From Octopus bimaculoides (taxonomy: Eukaryota): 64,000 nt of DNA. Positions 13,359 through 25,373 of the stretch are shown in pieces. Below the pieces are notes generated by a model. It worked only from the letters and a program-made list of their open reading frames with translations, ran no database searches and was not told where the DNA came from. Each line of letters opens with the position of its first letter. Position 1 is the first letter of the stretch. The stretch is taken from NCBI RefSeq assembly GCF_001194135.2, contig NC_068988.1:46693336-46757335 (forward strand). Reading direction: 5' to 3'. The position numbers were made by a program, and so were the translations under genes.

Positions 13359-14000
13359 TTAGATTTTGGGAACAATACAATGCACAAGCGGAAGTTTTAG
13401 TTGGATTTCACCTGCATTATTTTCTCCGCGATGCAACAAACGGATTTTGTAGACTGTTAAGCCTGGTGCAGATTTATCCTTTCTAATATATATAGACCTT
13501 ATTGATAAACACGTCCCAAAACACAAAATTTCATCAAGGCTGAGCACTTATTCAGATGAGTAACTTCGTTCAGCATTGATTTTCTTCAGTTCCTCGGCAC
13601 AATTAATAGCAGCCTCTGTATCAGTGCTGGCAGCGTTACCACTTATTTTAATGTCATGTAATATAAGGTTCCTTAGAATTGCTTCAAACAATCTTTGACT
13701 AGTCCGAAAATGTTTTACATCAGAAGTTACACATTCCTTTGCAAATTGCTTTACTAAATTTTAACTTTCGCTTGAATGACTGCTGTGTTTATCGACAAAA
13801 TGCATCCAGTTCAAACACACAGAGGAGGTATTCTATATTAAGAATCACATCATACTTATTGAAAAAAAAAAGCCATTGTCTGAACATTAACGGAGGAACT
13901 GCTTCAGCACCTGAACGAATTTTATATTTATTGTCGCATAACTTTCACACAGTAGATGCTGCAAGTTTTAATAGTTTTGCGGTATAGAATTTTCTCCAGC
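13359..14000 (-). mobile_element. Decayed Tigger/pogo-type (CENP-B-related) DNA transposase fragment
   Basis: Minus translation LHDIKISGNAASTDTEAAINCAEELKKI...SE*VLSLDE...YIRKDKSAPG...GENNAGEIQLKLPLV matches the Tigger pattern GEAASAD..AA..F...L..II....Y..EQVFN.DET...YI..EEK.APG..GNAAGD.KLKPL. Confidence 0.85.
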
Positions 14001-14486
14001 AGAAAACATAGTAAAAGATCGAATTTAACTACGAACCTAACCTCTTTGCCAATCTTTTTCGTACCTTAGACTTCAGTTCCACTTGATGGTATCATTCTAA
14101 TTGTCTTGAACGAGAAACTAGAAAATCACGACACACAGCAAATTCTGATGAAAATGGTGATGATATGCGTTGGCAAAAGTTGTGTTCGTAATATTTTGGA
14201 TCCAAAAATGGAAATAAGAAAGTGAAAAGTGGATGAGTATTGTTGAAGTATGAGAGCAGCATGACAAGAGACGAAGTACTGCATGAATAAAGTTTGTTCC
14301 AAAAATCAGTCTGAAAATGTTGAGATAGAGTATGATGATTGAAGATTGATAAAAAAAAAGTAAAGCAAGAGATACAGTGATCAGTAATTACATGTTGGTC
14401 ATTGCTAAGAATATCTATCTATCTGAAAATCTATCTGTCTTTCTATCTAACTATCTACATATATGTATATAATCATACATATACAT

Positions 14487-14518
<32 letters not shown>

Positions 14519-14520
14519 GT

Positions 14521-14559
<39 letters not shown>

Positions 14560-14560
14560 C

Positions 14561-14745
14561 TGCCCTAGCTCTTCGAAACGCTTAGTTTTAGAATGGTGAC
14601 AACTGATGAAGGAAATGTTCTCTATGTGGCTTGTGTGTTTTCTGTACTCTGTTTATCATTTTGTCCACGTTTTTTTGGAACGTCCTGTACCCAGATGTGC
14701 ATCTATATATACATGTAGATGTAGGTATGTACATACATGTACGTA
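14561..14745 (+). repeat. Unclassified interspersed repeat, copy 1 (copy 2 inverted at 40719-40906)
   Basis: TGCCCTAGCTCTTCGAAACGCTTAGTTTTAGAATGGTGACAACTGATGAAGGAAATGTTCTCTATGTGG...GTACCCAGATGTGCATCTATATATAC aligns by eye with the reverse complement of 40719-40906. Confidence 0.8.
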
Positions 14746-15319
14746 TATATGCATATACTCATTTATTATTTGTATTATATATATACATACACATATAAGG
14801 AAAATTCTTTCCTTATACATATTAACTCGTGTGTTCTTTATATATATATGTGCGAGTGCATGTATATAGGAATGTATACGCACACACACACACACGCACA
14901 CACACACACATACACACACACGCATACACACACACACACGCACACACACACACACACACATCACACATATATACAAATCGCAGTGCATTTCGTTCAAACG
15001 ATCTGATAAAGCTAGGGCAAAACAGGGGCATGTGCGAGCCTTCATAGCCGAGAATAAAACGCTTTGATAATTTGGGGGAAGAGCTCAAACATAGAGAGGA
15101 GAAATGTGAGGGAAAGAGCTAGAATGCAAAGAAACAGAAAAGAGGGGAGTGGAGAGAAATACTTCTTTAGATGCGTTGTTTTCATCGCAAAAATTCACTT
15201 TCGACGAATTTTATTTGAAAAATAAATGTGCATAGAGAAATAGAGTGTAAAAGAAGAGATAAAGCCGAATAGCGTGGAACGACGTAAAAAAGATGCAGAG
15301 AACACAAAGAAGGAGAGGA

Positions 15320-15770
15320 GATGATGATGAGGAGGAGGAGGAGAGGGAAGAAGGGGAAGAAGAAGAAGAAGAAGAAGAAGAAGAAGAAGAAGAAGAAGAA
15401 TATAAGAAGAAGAAGAAGAAGAAAAAGAAGAAGTAGAAGAAGTAGAGGACGACGATGATGATGATGATGATGATGATATTGATGATGACGAAGAGGAGGA
15501 GTAGGAGGGGGAGGGGAGGTGGAGAAGAAGAAGAAGAAGAAGAAGTAGAGGACGATGATGATGATGATGAAGAAGAAGAGGAGGAGGAGGAGGAGGAGGA
15601 GGAGGGGGGAGAAGAAGAAGAAGCAGAAGAAGAAGAAGCAGAAGAAGAAGAAGTAGAGGACGACGATGATGATGATGAAGAAGAGGAGGAGGAGGAGGAA
15701 GAGAAGGGGAAGAAGAAGAAGAAGAAGAAGAAGAAGAAGAAGAAGAAGAAGAAGAAGAAGAAGAAGAAAA
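15320..15770. repeat. Purine-rich compound trinucleotide repeat (GAA/GAG/GAT)n
   Basis: Direct reading; internal ~130-bp block repeated (GAAGTAGAGGACGACGATGATGAT occurs three times). Confidence 0.95.
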
Positions 15771-16974
15771 CTGACTTAAGTGTAAACAGAATTTAATGTG
15801 GGGAAATAAATATTTAAGCGTTAAACACTGATAATTAGAAGAAAAATATGTGGAATACGAGGTCGTTGACTTAATAAATACATGAATATGTGTGTAAAAC
15901 GAGTTAATAAAAAGGAAAAACGTTAGTGAAAGTATTGACAGTAATGTTTGTCACAAAACTTTAATATTAATATTGATAAATAATTATTAATTTTCGCCGA
16001 TTGTTGTCTCGAGTCCAATATTATATAGTGGTGACTGGTTACATAACTAATTCTACAAATATATACATACATAAACAGGCATGCACACACACAGATACGA
16101 ATACACAGGTACACAAGCACATACACACTCTCCTGCATTTCCTGAATATGTGATGAATATATTGTAAATGTCATGTCTTTCGCTGGTGAAGAATGTAAGA
16201 CCAACGTAGCTTAATGATTAATGACTAAGTATGAGAGTATGAGAAACAAATGGCAAACTGGAAACTGATGACAGGGAAGTAAAACGAGATGTCAGTCAAT
16301 TGTTGAAGTTCTAGGTGATACTTATGACATGAAGGAAATACAGTTATGGAGCCAAACTGAAAGTTCCTACGAAATAGTCTGTTGAACGGTACTGACCAGC
16401 CTACTGATGAGGTGGGGGGAACAGTGAGGATACCATAAAAGTGAAAACATGTTTTGAAAAACTGAATGAAAGAATTTATCGGTGACAATATAAAGTAAAG
16501 TCTAAAGACGCGAAGTAACTGAGGAGTAGAAAGAGGTTTGCACGTGTCGCGAATTGAGAGCTTGTGGTATGAGTTATTCCGGGTTGCAAATCACTGTTGT
16601 TGAAAAGAATTGAAATATTAACTACGAGGATATGCAGAACAATTTTTGTGAACTTGCCTTCATATTGCTAAAATAAAATGGACGTAGAAGCGTAAGATGT
16701 TGTTAAATGTGGAGTATACACGATAGAGAGGGAGAGAAAGAGAGAACTTGTTCTAAGCAGATTCTGTAGAGAGAGACAAGCTACACAAACAACTATCAGC
16801 AATACGTTTGGTGAAGTGGTGAATGATTTGAAGGCAAAGAAGTGAGCTGAACCACTAAGATGCTGAAAATAATGCCAAGGTGAGGCATGAACAAAAAGCA
16901 GAATGTAGTCAGTGCGGTAGTACGGGAGCATCAGAACCATTGATAATATTACAAAGGCAAATGAAATACACGAG

Positions 16975-16977
16975 TGA

Positions 16978-17054
<77 letters not shown>
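16975..17054. repeat. (GA)n microsatellite
   Basis: Direct reading. Confidence 0.95.
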
Positions 17055-17057
<3 letters not shown>

Positions 17058-17748
17058 TTGAGATGTATCAAGTTAATGTACCAGGTTTGAACAGTTACTG
17101 AAAGAAAAATAGCAAACCTGATTAAGAACAGAATTATTAGAGATGAAATGCAATTTAGCTCTCTGCTAGGAAAAGGTATTACCTACGGGTTCACCTTGTG
17201 AAAGAATTGCAGGAGAAAAAGAACGTACCGAAATACTAGATCTGAGATGCTAGACTACATATATCAGATTCATCCATCCTAAGATTTCGATTTTAAATTC
17301 TGCTCTGTGACAGTGCCAGCTTTACGTTACATTTTTCCAGAACTTATACAATAAACACTTGAATATTGAAATACAAGATGATATGCTCAACTAACCCATC
17401 TTAATAATTAGCCTTCGCACTTTTTTAATGACTATGCCTAAGTTGAAATGGCAGCACCATTGACAGACCGGAGACCAAGTCTTAATGCTTACACCAAAGT
17501 GGACTGTGATGAATCAACCCATGAGCAGGTAATATGCATAAAGTAGGGGACAGATTAAAACTATAACGTAAGAGCAGAAACAGTTTCTCCAATTGGCTTC
17601 CACACAATTTCCTTCCATATTTCACTGACTATGTACAGGTATATTTTGGACCATAGTAAACAATTCACCGATGTACTATGCAGGGAAACAGAGCAGGAAT
17701 TTCTGAACTACACAAACATACCTCGACCTTGTGCATTGGAAAAAACTT

Positions 17749-17865
17749 GGAACGAACGACTGCCATGTCTAGCAGACAGGTGTCCAGTACTGAGGACAGG
17801 TAAGACCCTGAAACCAGCTGAACTACTACTGATCCTGTCACCGCTGGATGGGAGTTGTTCGTTCC
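17749..17865 (+). ncRNA. Degenerate type I hammerhead-like motif at the tip of a long hairpin
   Basis: CAGTA-CTGAGGA-c-AGG taagac CCT-GAAAC-cagctg-aac-tac-TACTG, enclosed by arms 17749-17780 and 17834-17865; the cleavage triplet is non-canonical. Confidence 0.4.
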
Positions 17866-18423
17866 CTTGTTTGCAATATAACGGACACAGATATTGTGTC
17901 GTTAACCAGCTGGAGATGTCCTCCTGGGGTTAAAAATAGTAATAACATTGTTCTGTACGGAACAACCATATTGAGATTGTAAAAAACCATCACTTTTCAA
18001 AGCAATTACTGTTATAGGTTATTGCTATTTATTGTTATCATTATATCTTGGGTCCTTGTGGCCAGTAACAGAAAATAATAATAATCATCATCAGCTCCAT
18101 CTTCATCTATTCATTATTGCTTTTCATTGTTATATTGATCTCCCGCTTTTTACTTGATGTAAATCCCTCCACTTTTCCTTCTTTCTTGTTTTACTTTCAT
18201 TTTACATTTCTATTGTCCCCGCTACCTTTTACCCCCTTGTGACCAATAAAAAATAATTATAATAATCGTCATCATCTTTAATATTATCAATATTATCATT
18301 ATTATTGTTGTTTTTGTTGCTGCTCTTATAATTATTGTTATTATCGTTATTATAATCAGCTTCATGTTTCTTTAAATATAGATAATTATATCATACTTTC
18401 ATCTATTTGCCAAAATTGTTAGT

Positions 18424-18480
<57 letters not shown>

Positions 18481-18889
18481 NNNNNNNNNNTATATATATA
18501 TATATAGATACATATATATATATATATGCACACATATATATTTATATATACTTATATGTTTATGTATGCGTGTATGTATGTATGTATGTATTCCTAATTT
18601 ATTTGATCTTGTAAATACAACAGTCACCTCACCTTGACAAGTTTCTTACTTAATTAGTTTTCTTGTTTTATTTGATTTCATTAGTTTTTATATATAATTC
18701 ACTTTCCCTTGTTTGGTGTATAAATTAGTAATGCCAACAAGTACCTCTAGATATCCACTAATTACTCTATTAATATTATGTGATTTTCTAAGTTCGTTAG
18801 ATACAGATTCTGAGATAATCAGTAACAGACTTTTACTATCAAACCTTAAACTGAGTCTGTCTGTCTGAATTGTCTTCAATCATTTTTTG

Positions 18890-18893
18890 CTGC

Positions 18894-18924
<31 letters not shown>

Positions 18925-19186
18925 ACTAGTGCCAATGTTGTTGTTGTTGATGCTGATGCTGCTGTCATTGTTGTTGTTGTGTTGATTTTCATTGGTTTGT
19001 TTCGCTTTGCTTTTCTCTTCGATATTGCTTTGGCTTTCTGTTTTGCAATCTTATCAACACACATTACTTGCCTTCGACATCGTCATCGTCATCGTCATCA
19101 TCATCAGCTGCAGCATCACCACCATCATTACCATCGTTATCGTAGTCATCGTCATCGTCATCATCATCATCATCAGTATCGAAAGT
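18890..19186. repeat. (GTT)n and (CAT)n compound microsatellites
   Basis: Direct reading. Confidence 0.9.
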
Positions 19187-19445
19187 ACTCCAGTATCGAA
19201 AGCATGCTGTTGATAATTCAGTGCAGATGTGCTGGACATGTTGTTCGAATGCAAGATGATCGCATTCCGAAAATTCTTTTGTATGGCCAACAAGTAGAAG
19301 GATTCTGTGGTAAACGAAGACCCATCCTTAAGTATAAGTATAAGTTGAAACAATCACTAAAATCCTTATAAAATATTGTGAGATCTTAGGAAAGTTATTG
19401 CCTAGATCGTAAAATTTGTCATAATGCATGTAAACAATTTGAATT
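19187..19445 (+). mobile_element. RTE-clade LINE, C-terminal ORF fragment
   Basis: SIESMLLIIQCRCAGHVVRMQDDRIPKILLYGQQVEG...KRRPILKYKYKLKQSLK matches the RTE C-terminus pattern SIE.ML...QLRWAGHV.RM.D.RIPK.LLYGEL..G.R..GRP.LRYKD.LK. Confidence 0.85.
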
Positions 19446-19934
19446 GAAGTAACAGAACAATACAAGAATTAAATCATACGTTTATAATTATACTTCACTA
19501 AACAAGTCTAAATAAGCTTGAAAGATATCTCGAGTTGTTACTATATTTGCCCAACTTCAGATTTGTTTACCCATACATGGCAACATTCAATTATGTTAGC
19601 ACCAAATCACTTAACTGTTTACATAAACTGATTGAAATAGGAGAGTATTGTAGTTCGCTTGAAGCATTGTGTGTGGTTTGTAAAGAATAAAAAGTGTTGA
19701 ATGGTACAACAATGCACTATAATACAAAAAAAAATGGACTATATACTTCTTGTAATTTAGTACGATGATATTTCGGAATACAATTCCTTCTTCAGATATT
19801 CTTAGATGGAGTCGCTGCACTGCCCTCTTCTTCTACTCATATTTATAGTTTCCTGTTAAAGTTAGAAACTGTAGTTGTCATTCCGTTACTTTCACGGTTA
19901 TTTAATATATAATATTCTTACTATTTTATTTATT

Positions 19935-20248
19935 TATGCTCCCTTTAAAAGCCTAGCCAGGCTCATGGGCCCGGTTTCTCGGTTTCTATGACGTGTATGT
20001 CCCTCCACACCCACCCACAGCTGGATGGGACCCCAGTCCATCGCAACGTTGCTCAAGGAACAGGAAGAAAGCGTGAGAGAAAGTTGGGGCGAAAGAGTAC
20101 AACAAGGGTCGCCACAACCCCTGCCGGAGCATCGTGGAGCTTTAGGTGTTTTCGCTCTATAAACACACACAACGCCCGGTCTGGGAATCGAAACCGATCC
20201 TTCGACCACGAGTTCGCTGCCCTAACCAATGGGCCATTGCGTCTCCAC
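19935..20248 (-). mobile_element. tRNA-derived SINE, family B, alternative 3' tail variant
   Basis: Head GTGGAGACGCAATGGCCCATTGGTTAGGGCAGCGAACTCGTGGTCG...GGTTTCGATTCCCAGACCGGGCG and centre shared with 25374-25736 and 60008-60392; 3' third differs. Confidence 0.85.
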
Positions 20249-20880
20249 ATTCTTACTAATGGTGATGCTCTTCTATATATTATAAGGAGCTTAATAATAA
20301 TGATGAAATTAACAACAACAACAACAATAATTATAATAAATATTATTATTGTTATTGTTGTTATTAACCGGTTAGTTGGTATTACCATTGAATAATTGTA
20401 AAATTACAACATTACTCACGGCAAGTAGAAAGTTATAAAAGTAAAACTGGTAACAAATCGTGAATTCAGTAGCAAAAAATTCTAAATCAAAAACAACACA
20501 AAATGGAAAGACAAAGCCGCCATAAAAATATAAACAAAAACAGTAGACATATATCAAGACAAAATCCTCTAAGAGATGATATCAAAGTCGTGGTTATTGC
20601 AACTTGTACTACTCTAGGTTTTAATTAGCAGCTAGCAATGAAAGAAGATTATAGTTGTCCATTTTGGATTTTCAGTTAGACACTGAGATAAATGGCTTAT
20701 GTGACCATTCGTAGTGAGATATATAGAATACAAGGTAAACTCCCAACTATTTAAGACAACAACCACATTTCGATTTCTTCATTGCAGTTAATTATTTAAC
20801 CCACGCGTTCATAGGACAGATATTGAATGCAATACATATTCCTCCCTTCCGTGTATTTTTCAGTTTGTTTCTGAGTAAGA

Positions 20881-20963
20881 ATGTTGTTGTTGTTGTTGTT
20901 GTAGTAGTAGTAGTAGTAGTAGTAGTAGTTGTTGTTGTTGTTGTTGCTGCTGCTGTTGTTGTT

Positions 20964-20994
<31 letters not shown>

Positions 20995-21026
20995 TTGCTA
21001 TTATTATTATTATTATTATTAATATT

Positions 21027-21080
<54 letters not shown>
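20881..21080. repeat. Compound (GTT)(GTA)(GCT)(ATT) trinucleotide microsatellite
   Basis: Direct reading. Confidence 0.95.
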
Positions 21081-21081
<1 letters not shown>

Positions 21082-21265
21082 GCACGTGCTCAAAATACTT
21101 AGCGTCCATCTTTACGTTCTGAGTTCAAATTCCGCCGAGGTTGACCCTGCCATTGATCGTTTGCGGGGTCGATAAATTAAGTACCAGTTAAGCACTGAGT
21201 TTGATGTAATCAACTTATTCCCTTTCCTCGAAATCGCTGGCCTTGTGCCAAAATTTGAAATCATT
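21080..21265 (+). mobile_element. Family C SINE
   Basis: TTTACGTTCTGAGTTCAAATTCCGCCGAGGTTGACCCTGCC...GGGGTCGATAAATTAAGTACCAGTT; the central GTCGAC...TCATCCTTTCGGGGTCGATAAA..AAGTACC segment resembles my recollection of the Meta SINE domain. Confidence 0.8.
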
Positions 21266-22231
21266 ATTATTGTTATTGTTGTTATTGTCGTTGATGCATT
21301 TATTGTCGTTATTACTATTTTTGTTATAATTGAATTTTTTAATGTTATTGTTTTCACATGATAAGCATTGTAAGTCAAACGTGGAAGACAAAATATCAAG
21401 GCATAGATGAGCTCTTATACCCTAGTGAAGAGATTGTGAAGAAAATCGCTTTTGCTTGTGCATTTAAGGAAGTCCCCTTATTCGCAACATACTTGATACA
21501 GCAAACATCTAAGATCGTACTGCCGGATTACTTGATCTAGTGCAGCCGGTATCGGTGATGGAGGAGTATGGAGATATGGCTAGCATCGGTTCCAACTTCC
21601 ATAATAAAGGATCGGAGATAACTCTCGAGGTAATGCTACTGACAGCACCTACGGTACAGGCAATGAACCATAACCATATTTGTATCAAATGTGGGATGTA
21701 GATTCACGTAAAGGCAGAGGGTAAAGTGCAGGGGCTCAAATGCAACAACTTCAGCTACACGAACCACTTGAGTATCTTCTGATTTATATTGAAGGAGAAG
21801 AATGCGTGATAACCTTCCTGATAAGCAGCGCCCGAAACGCGAACGTAAGAAATGATAACAATATAACCAGCATCGTCACTACAAATAACTGAAACAATGA
21901 CAACTGCAGAAACTCTATGAAAGAAAGACTGAACACGCTAACATCACCACCAACGAAAACACATCGTAGTGCGCCCTCTACTCTCGAAAAATCGAACAGA
22001 CATAATAAGCAACAAAAACACAATATAAGTAACGTCAAGGCAGACCATTCTCCCTTGGCATTTCAAATTACGAAGATCAGGAAAATGTTTTGGCGAGGAT
22101 GAAGAAGAATCACTAGACTGTCACACAGTACTGTATAAGTCAAAGTGTTTGAAATGTTGAATAACCCACCAACCATCCACTCATCATCGCCACTTTGATA
22201 AAAAGCAAGTACAGTAATAATAGTCGTCTTA

Positions 22232-22375
22232 AATTTTGGCACACGGCCGGTAATTTTAGGAGGAGAGACAAATCGCTTACATCGAACCTAATACTTGATT
22301 AGCACTTATTTTATAGAACCCGAAAGGCGAAGTTGAACTTGATGGTAATTGAAATCATAATGTAAAGCGACGAAG
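22232..22375 (-). mobile_element. Degenerate family C SINE
   Basis: Reverse complement of the family C centre and 3' end (ACATCGAACC...CACTTATTTTATAGAACCCGAAAGGCGAAGTTGAAC). Confidence 0.7.
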
Positions 22376-24510
22376 AAAATGTTTCTATGCATTTTATTCG
22401 ACGTACTAACGATTCTTCCAGCAAACCACAACCGCATAATCAAAACCAGCAGAAAAATCCGCAAGCTCAACAGCAACCACAGCAAAAGCAATTAAAGAAA
22501 AAAGTGATAAATACAACTCAACAAACCGTCAAAGGAAAAAATAAGAACAAAAACAGTAACATCGATAACAGCAATGTCAGCATCGAAGCAATCAAAAAGC
22601 TCGCCCCCTCTCCAATTCCTGCTATGAATAAAAAAACTAAGCTGATGAAGTCCATAACAATTTTGTAATTATTACTATGTACATATATTTTACACCAACT
22701 ATCAATATGCAACAACTAACGGAATGAAAGATCTTGTGAATAATTCAACAATTTAACATGTTATTTAACGCTAAAGATGGGAGAAACTACATCAACGTTG
22801 ATGGCTTAGAATCTGTGCGTCCGCTGCTACTGAAATACCGTACCGGATAAAAGACCAAGGGCTGCCTCGTTTATGCTCACATTTGTAAAGTATCTGTCGA
22901 TAACTATGAATATTCACTAATGAGATATTTGATTTTGTGCTATCTCTAGCAGTGACTATACTTTGATCAAACCACTGAACATTCTTACAAGAAGGGGTTG
23001 TTGATAGTGTCGGACTAAATGTTTTACTGAACAATATAGAAAATACAAGTAAAAATACAATTAAAGGCTAGGGCTGTGAAGAGCTCATCACAAAATATAC
23101 GAACTAATAGACTCCTGTAGAATACGTTATCAGAAGACTGTATGACCTCAGGAAATGATACGGAAATTTTTCGAAACAGAGAGAAGAACCTTTAAGAGGA
23201 TCCATTCAAGGAAGCTCTGTCCTAGCAAGAGCAAATTAATTATCCTTCTCTTACTTTCTTCCACCTAATACAACCATTGTAATGTGTAGAAGCCTCACAA
23301 ACATGCTCAAGCAGTTTCAGCAGCTTAACGAGTATCAATTCAATTTCCTGAATGCGCTGTATGTGGGCATGGGTAAATCGCACTGGATTATCTAAATCAT
23401 GTTTCGATAGAGTATTTGGTTGGTAAACGAATATGAATCATGTAAAGTACCGATCATTTTAGTTGCTCACATATTTATTTTAAACTCGATATAATCTCAG
23501 TCCAATTCTTGTTTGAATGAACCATGTTTTACATCCTTTTCATATGAATAAGATAACTATCAGTAAAGTTCTGGTGTCAGTTCACAAACTTATATTCTTT
23601 TATATATATGTAACCCAATGTGAAACTAAGAAATCAATCTTCTAGATTACCTTTACGTTAAACATTTGATATTTTCCCTAGAGAATTATAATTCGTGTTT
23701 GTTTGCAGTAAATATTAAATTTTTGACCTTAAGCCTGTCACATCTTATATGACGTAGTCATTTACATCCTATATTTTATCAAACAGGTAAATCTAAAAGA
23801 TTTTACCTGTGCAACCATTTCTGTATAATACATTAGTAAACATTAATCTACGCTATCAAAAGCACATAATTCGTTGATTTCTATGCGTGCAAAATGATAA
23901 CAACTTAACGAAATAGCTACTAACTTATTATATTTTGCATTCATGGGGTTTTGCAAAATTCAGCTTACAAGTAAATTAAGGAATAAAATCCAACCCATAC
24001 GCATTTACAACCCTTCACATACAGAAGGAGACATATGTACATACACTCATTTAAAATAACATAAATCAAATACACACTTAGTCATAAAAATATCAACTAA
24101 GCTTAAACCATCAATTCTCTGTACTCATAAAACTATTTTTTCAGACTTGCTACTACCTACCAAACATTCACAAAGGAAGAGAGACATACAGAGTATTTGA
24201 AGACTATGAGAATATTTACAAAACATGTCACTTAATTTTTCTCTCCAATTTAATTGTTTTACTTATTTTACTCGTAGTTGAAATAGTCTAAAAGACAGAA
24301 ACCTGTACTAAAATGTACTTCATGATATAATTATTTTAGCATTTTATACCTTCTCTTATTTTCCTTATATATATATATATATATAANNNNNNNNNNNNNN
24401 NNNNNNNNNNNNNNNNNNNNNNNNNNNNNNNNNNNNNNNNNNNNNNNNNNNNNNNNNNNNNTATAAGTATATGTGTGTGCGTGTGTGATAAACAAATAAC
24501 AACAGATCGA

Positions 24511-24601
24511 TTGCTCACTACAGCTGTTTCAGACGTGCTTTTTATTGATGAATATAAGTGTTACATCATGCGAAAAGAAAACCGTTTCGTCAGGTGAGTA
24601 A
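24511..24601 (-). ncRNA. Type I hammerhead-ribozyme-like motif with extended stem II
   Basis: Minus RNA: uuaCUCAC-CUGACGA-[~56-nt imperfect hairpin]-GAAAC-agcu-GUA-GUGAGcaa. The full catalytic core is present, stem I closes exactly at C3/H17, and the stem III loop is palindromic. Confidence 0.55.
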
Positions 24602-24760
24602 ATGTAAGATTTAATCAGTTTGAACACCTCAATAATAAGTCAAAAGTGCTATTTTGACTCTTCCGACCAAAATTCGATATTTATATTCATATTTGCAGAC
24701 AGATTTGTATGCACAAATTTTTTATGTGATTATATAAAAGTTATATATATATATATATAT

Positions 24761-24810
24761 GGGTGGGAGTAAAAAGTGGTTTACCATTTTTACACTTTTT
24801 ACCCCCGCCC
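24761..24810. repeat. Short inverted repeat / hairpin, 18-bp arms
   Basis: GGGTGGGAGTAAAAAGTG (24761-24778) versus CACTTTTTACCCCCGCCC (24793-24810): 16/18 complementary plus one G-U. Confidence 0.85.
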
Positions 24811-25373
24811 AAATATGACACTCAATTACGAGATTCCCACGCAATAACCAGCCATTGGGTATGAATAATTTGGTACACTACCAGCAGTATATTGGATAGG
24901 TACTATCCCTTAGATGGTTGGTTTCCCAACTTTTAACTCTAACAGATATATATGTGTGTGTGAATTATATATGTATGCCTAGATAGATACAGAGATTGAT
25001 CAATCAGTCGATCGAGTGCTGGATAAGTGTATAAACGAAAGGGAAAGGTACTCAGTGATTGCTGTATAGTTTATATTTATGCGCTCAGAATAGTTTGCGG
25101 CAAAATGCCATTTCTTAAAGTTTAACTAGAAATTGGTACATACTCCTGTTTGTTCGATGGTTGAAAATGTATGAAACATGCCCGAACAATGATGAGAAAC
25201 ATAAAGTAATGTCATTCTAACTCAGATTGATAATAATTGCATATGTTATCTTTCAGTTAGTTTCAGTTGTTGGACTATGATGACACTGGGATATATAATA
25301 CATACAAACATATATACATACTTACATATAAACATAAATACGTTCATATGTATGTGTATGTATATATCTATTC

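Noticed and set aside
14570-14615. GAAACG...CTGATGAAGG as a type II hammerhead in the 14561/40719 repeat
   Set aside because: Stems I and III do not form, and the second copy reads TTGATGA
15455-15796. Poly-Glu/Asp/Lys ORF (113 aa)
   Set aside because: Entirely a GAA/GAG/GAT microsatellite; no non-repetitive coding context or splice support
18979-19371. His-rich 130-aa ORF
   Set aside because: Chance in-frame fusion of a (CAT)n tract with an RTE LINE remnant
21640-21780. Cys-containing read HICIKCGM*IHVKAEGKVQGLKCNNFSYTN resembling a zinc ribbon
   Set aside because: In-frame stop, missing Cys, no flanking homology recognised
21813-21850. CTGATAA...GAAACGCG hammerhead-like remnant
   Set aside because: G8 missing, stem II weak, no GUH
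22380-22670. Gln/Asn/Lys-rich ORF
   Set aside because: Degenerate (CAA)n low-complexity sequence
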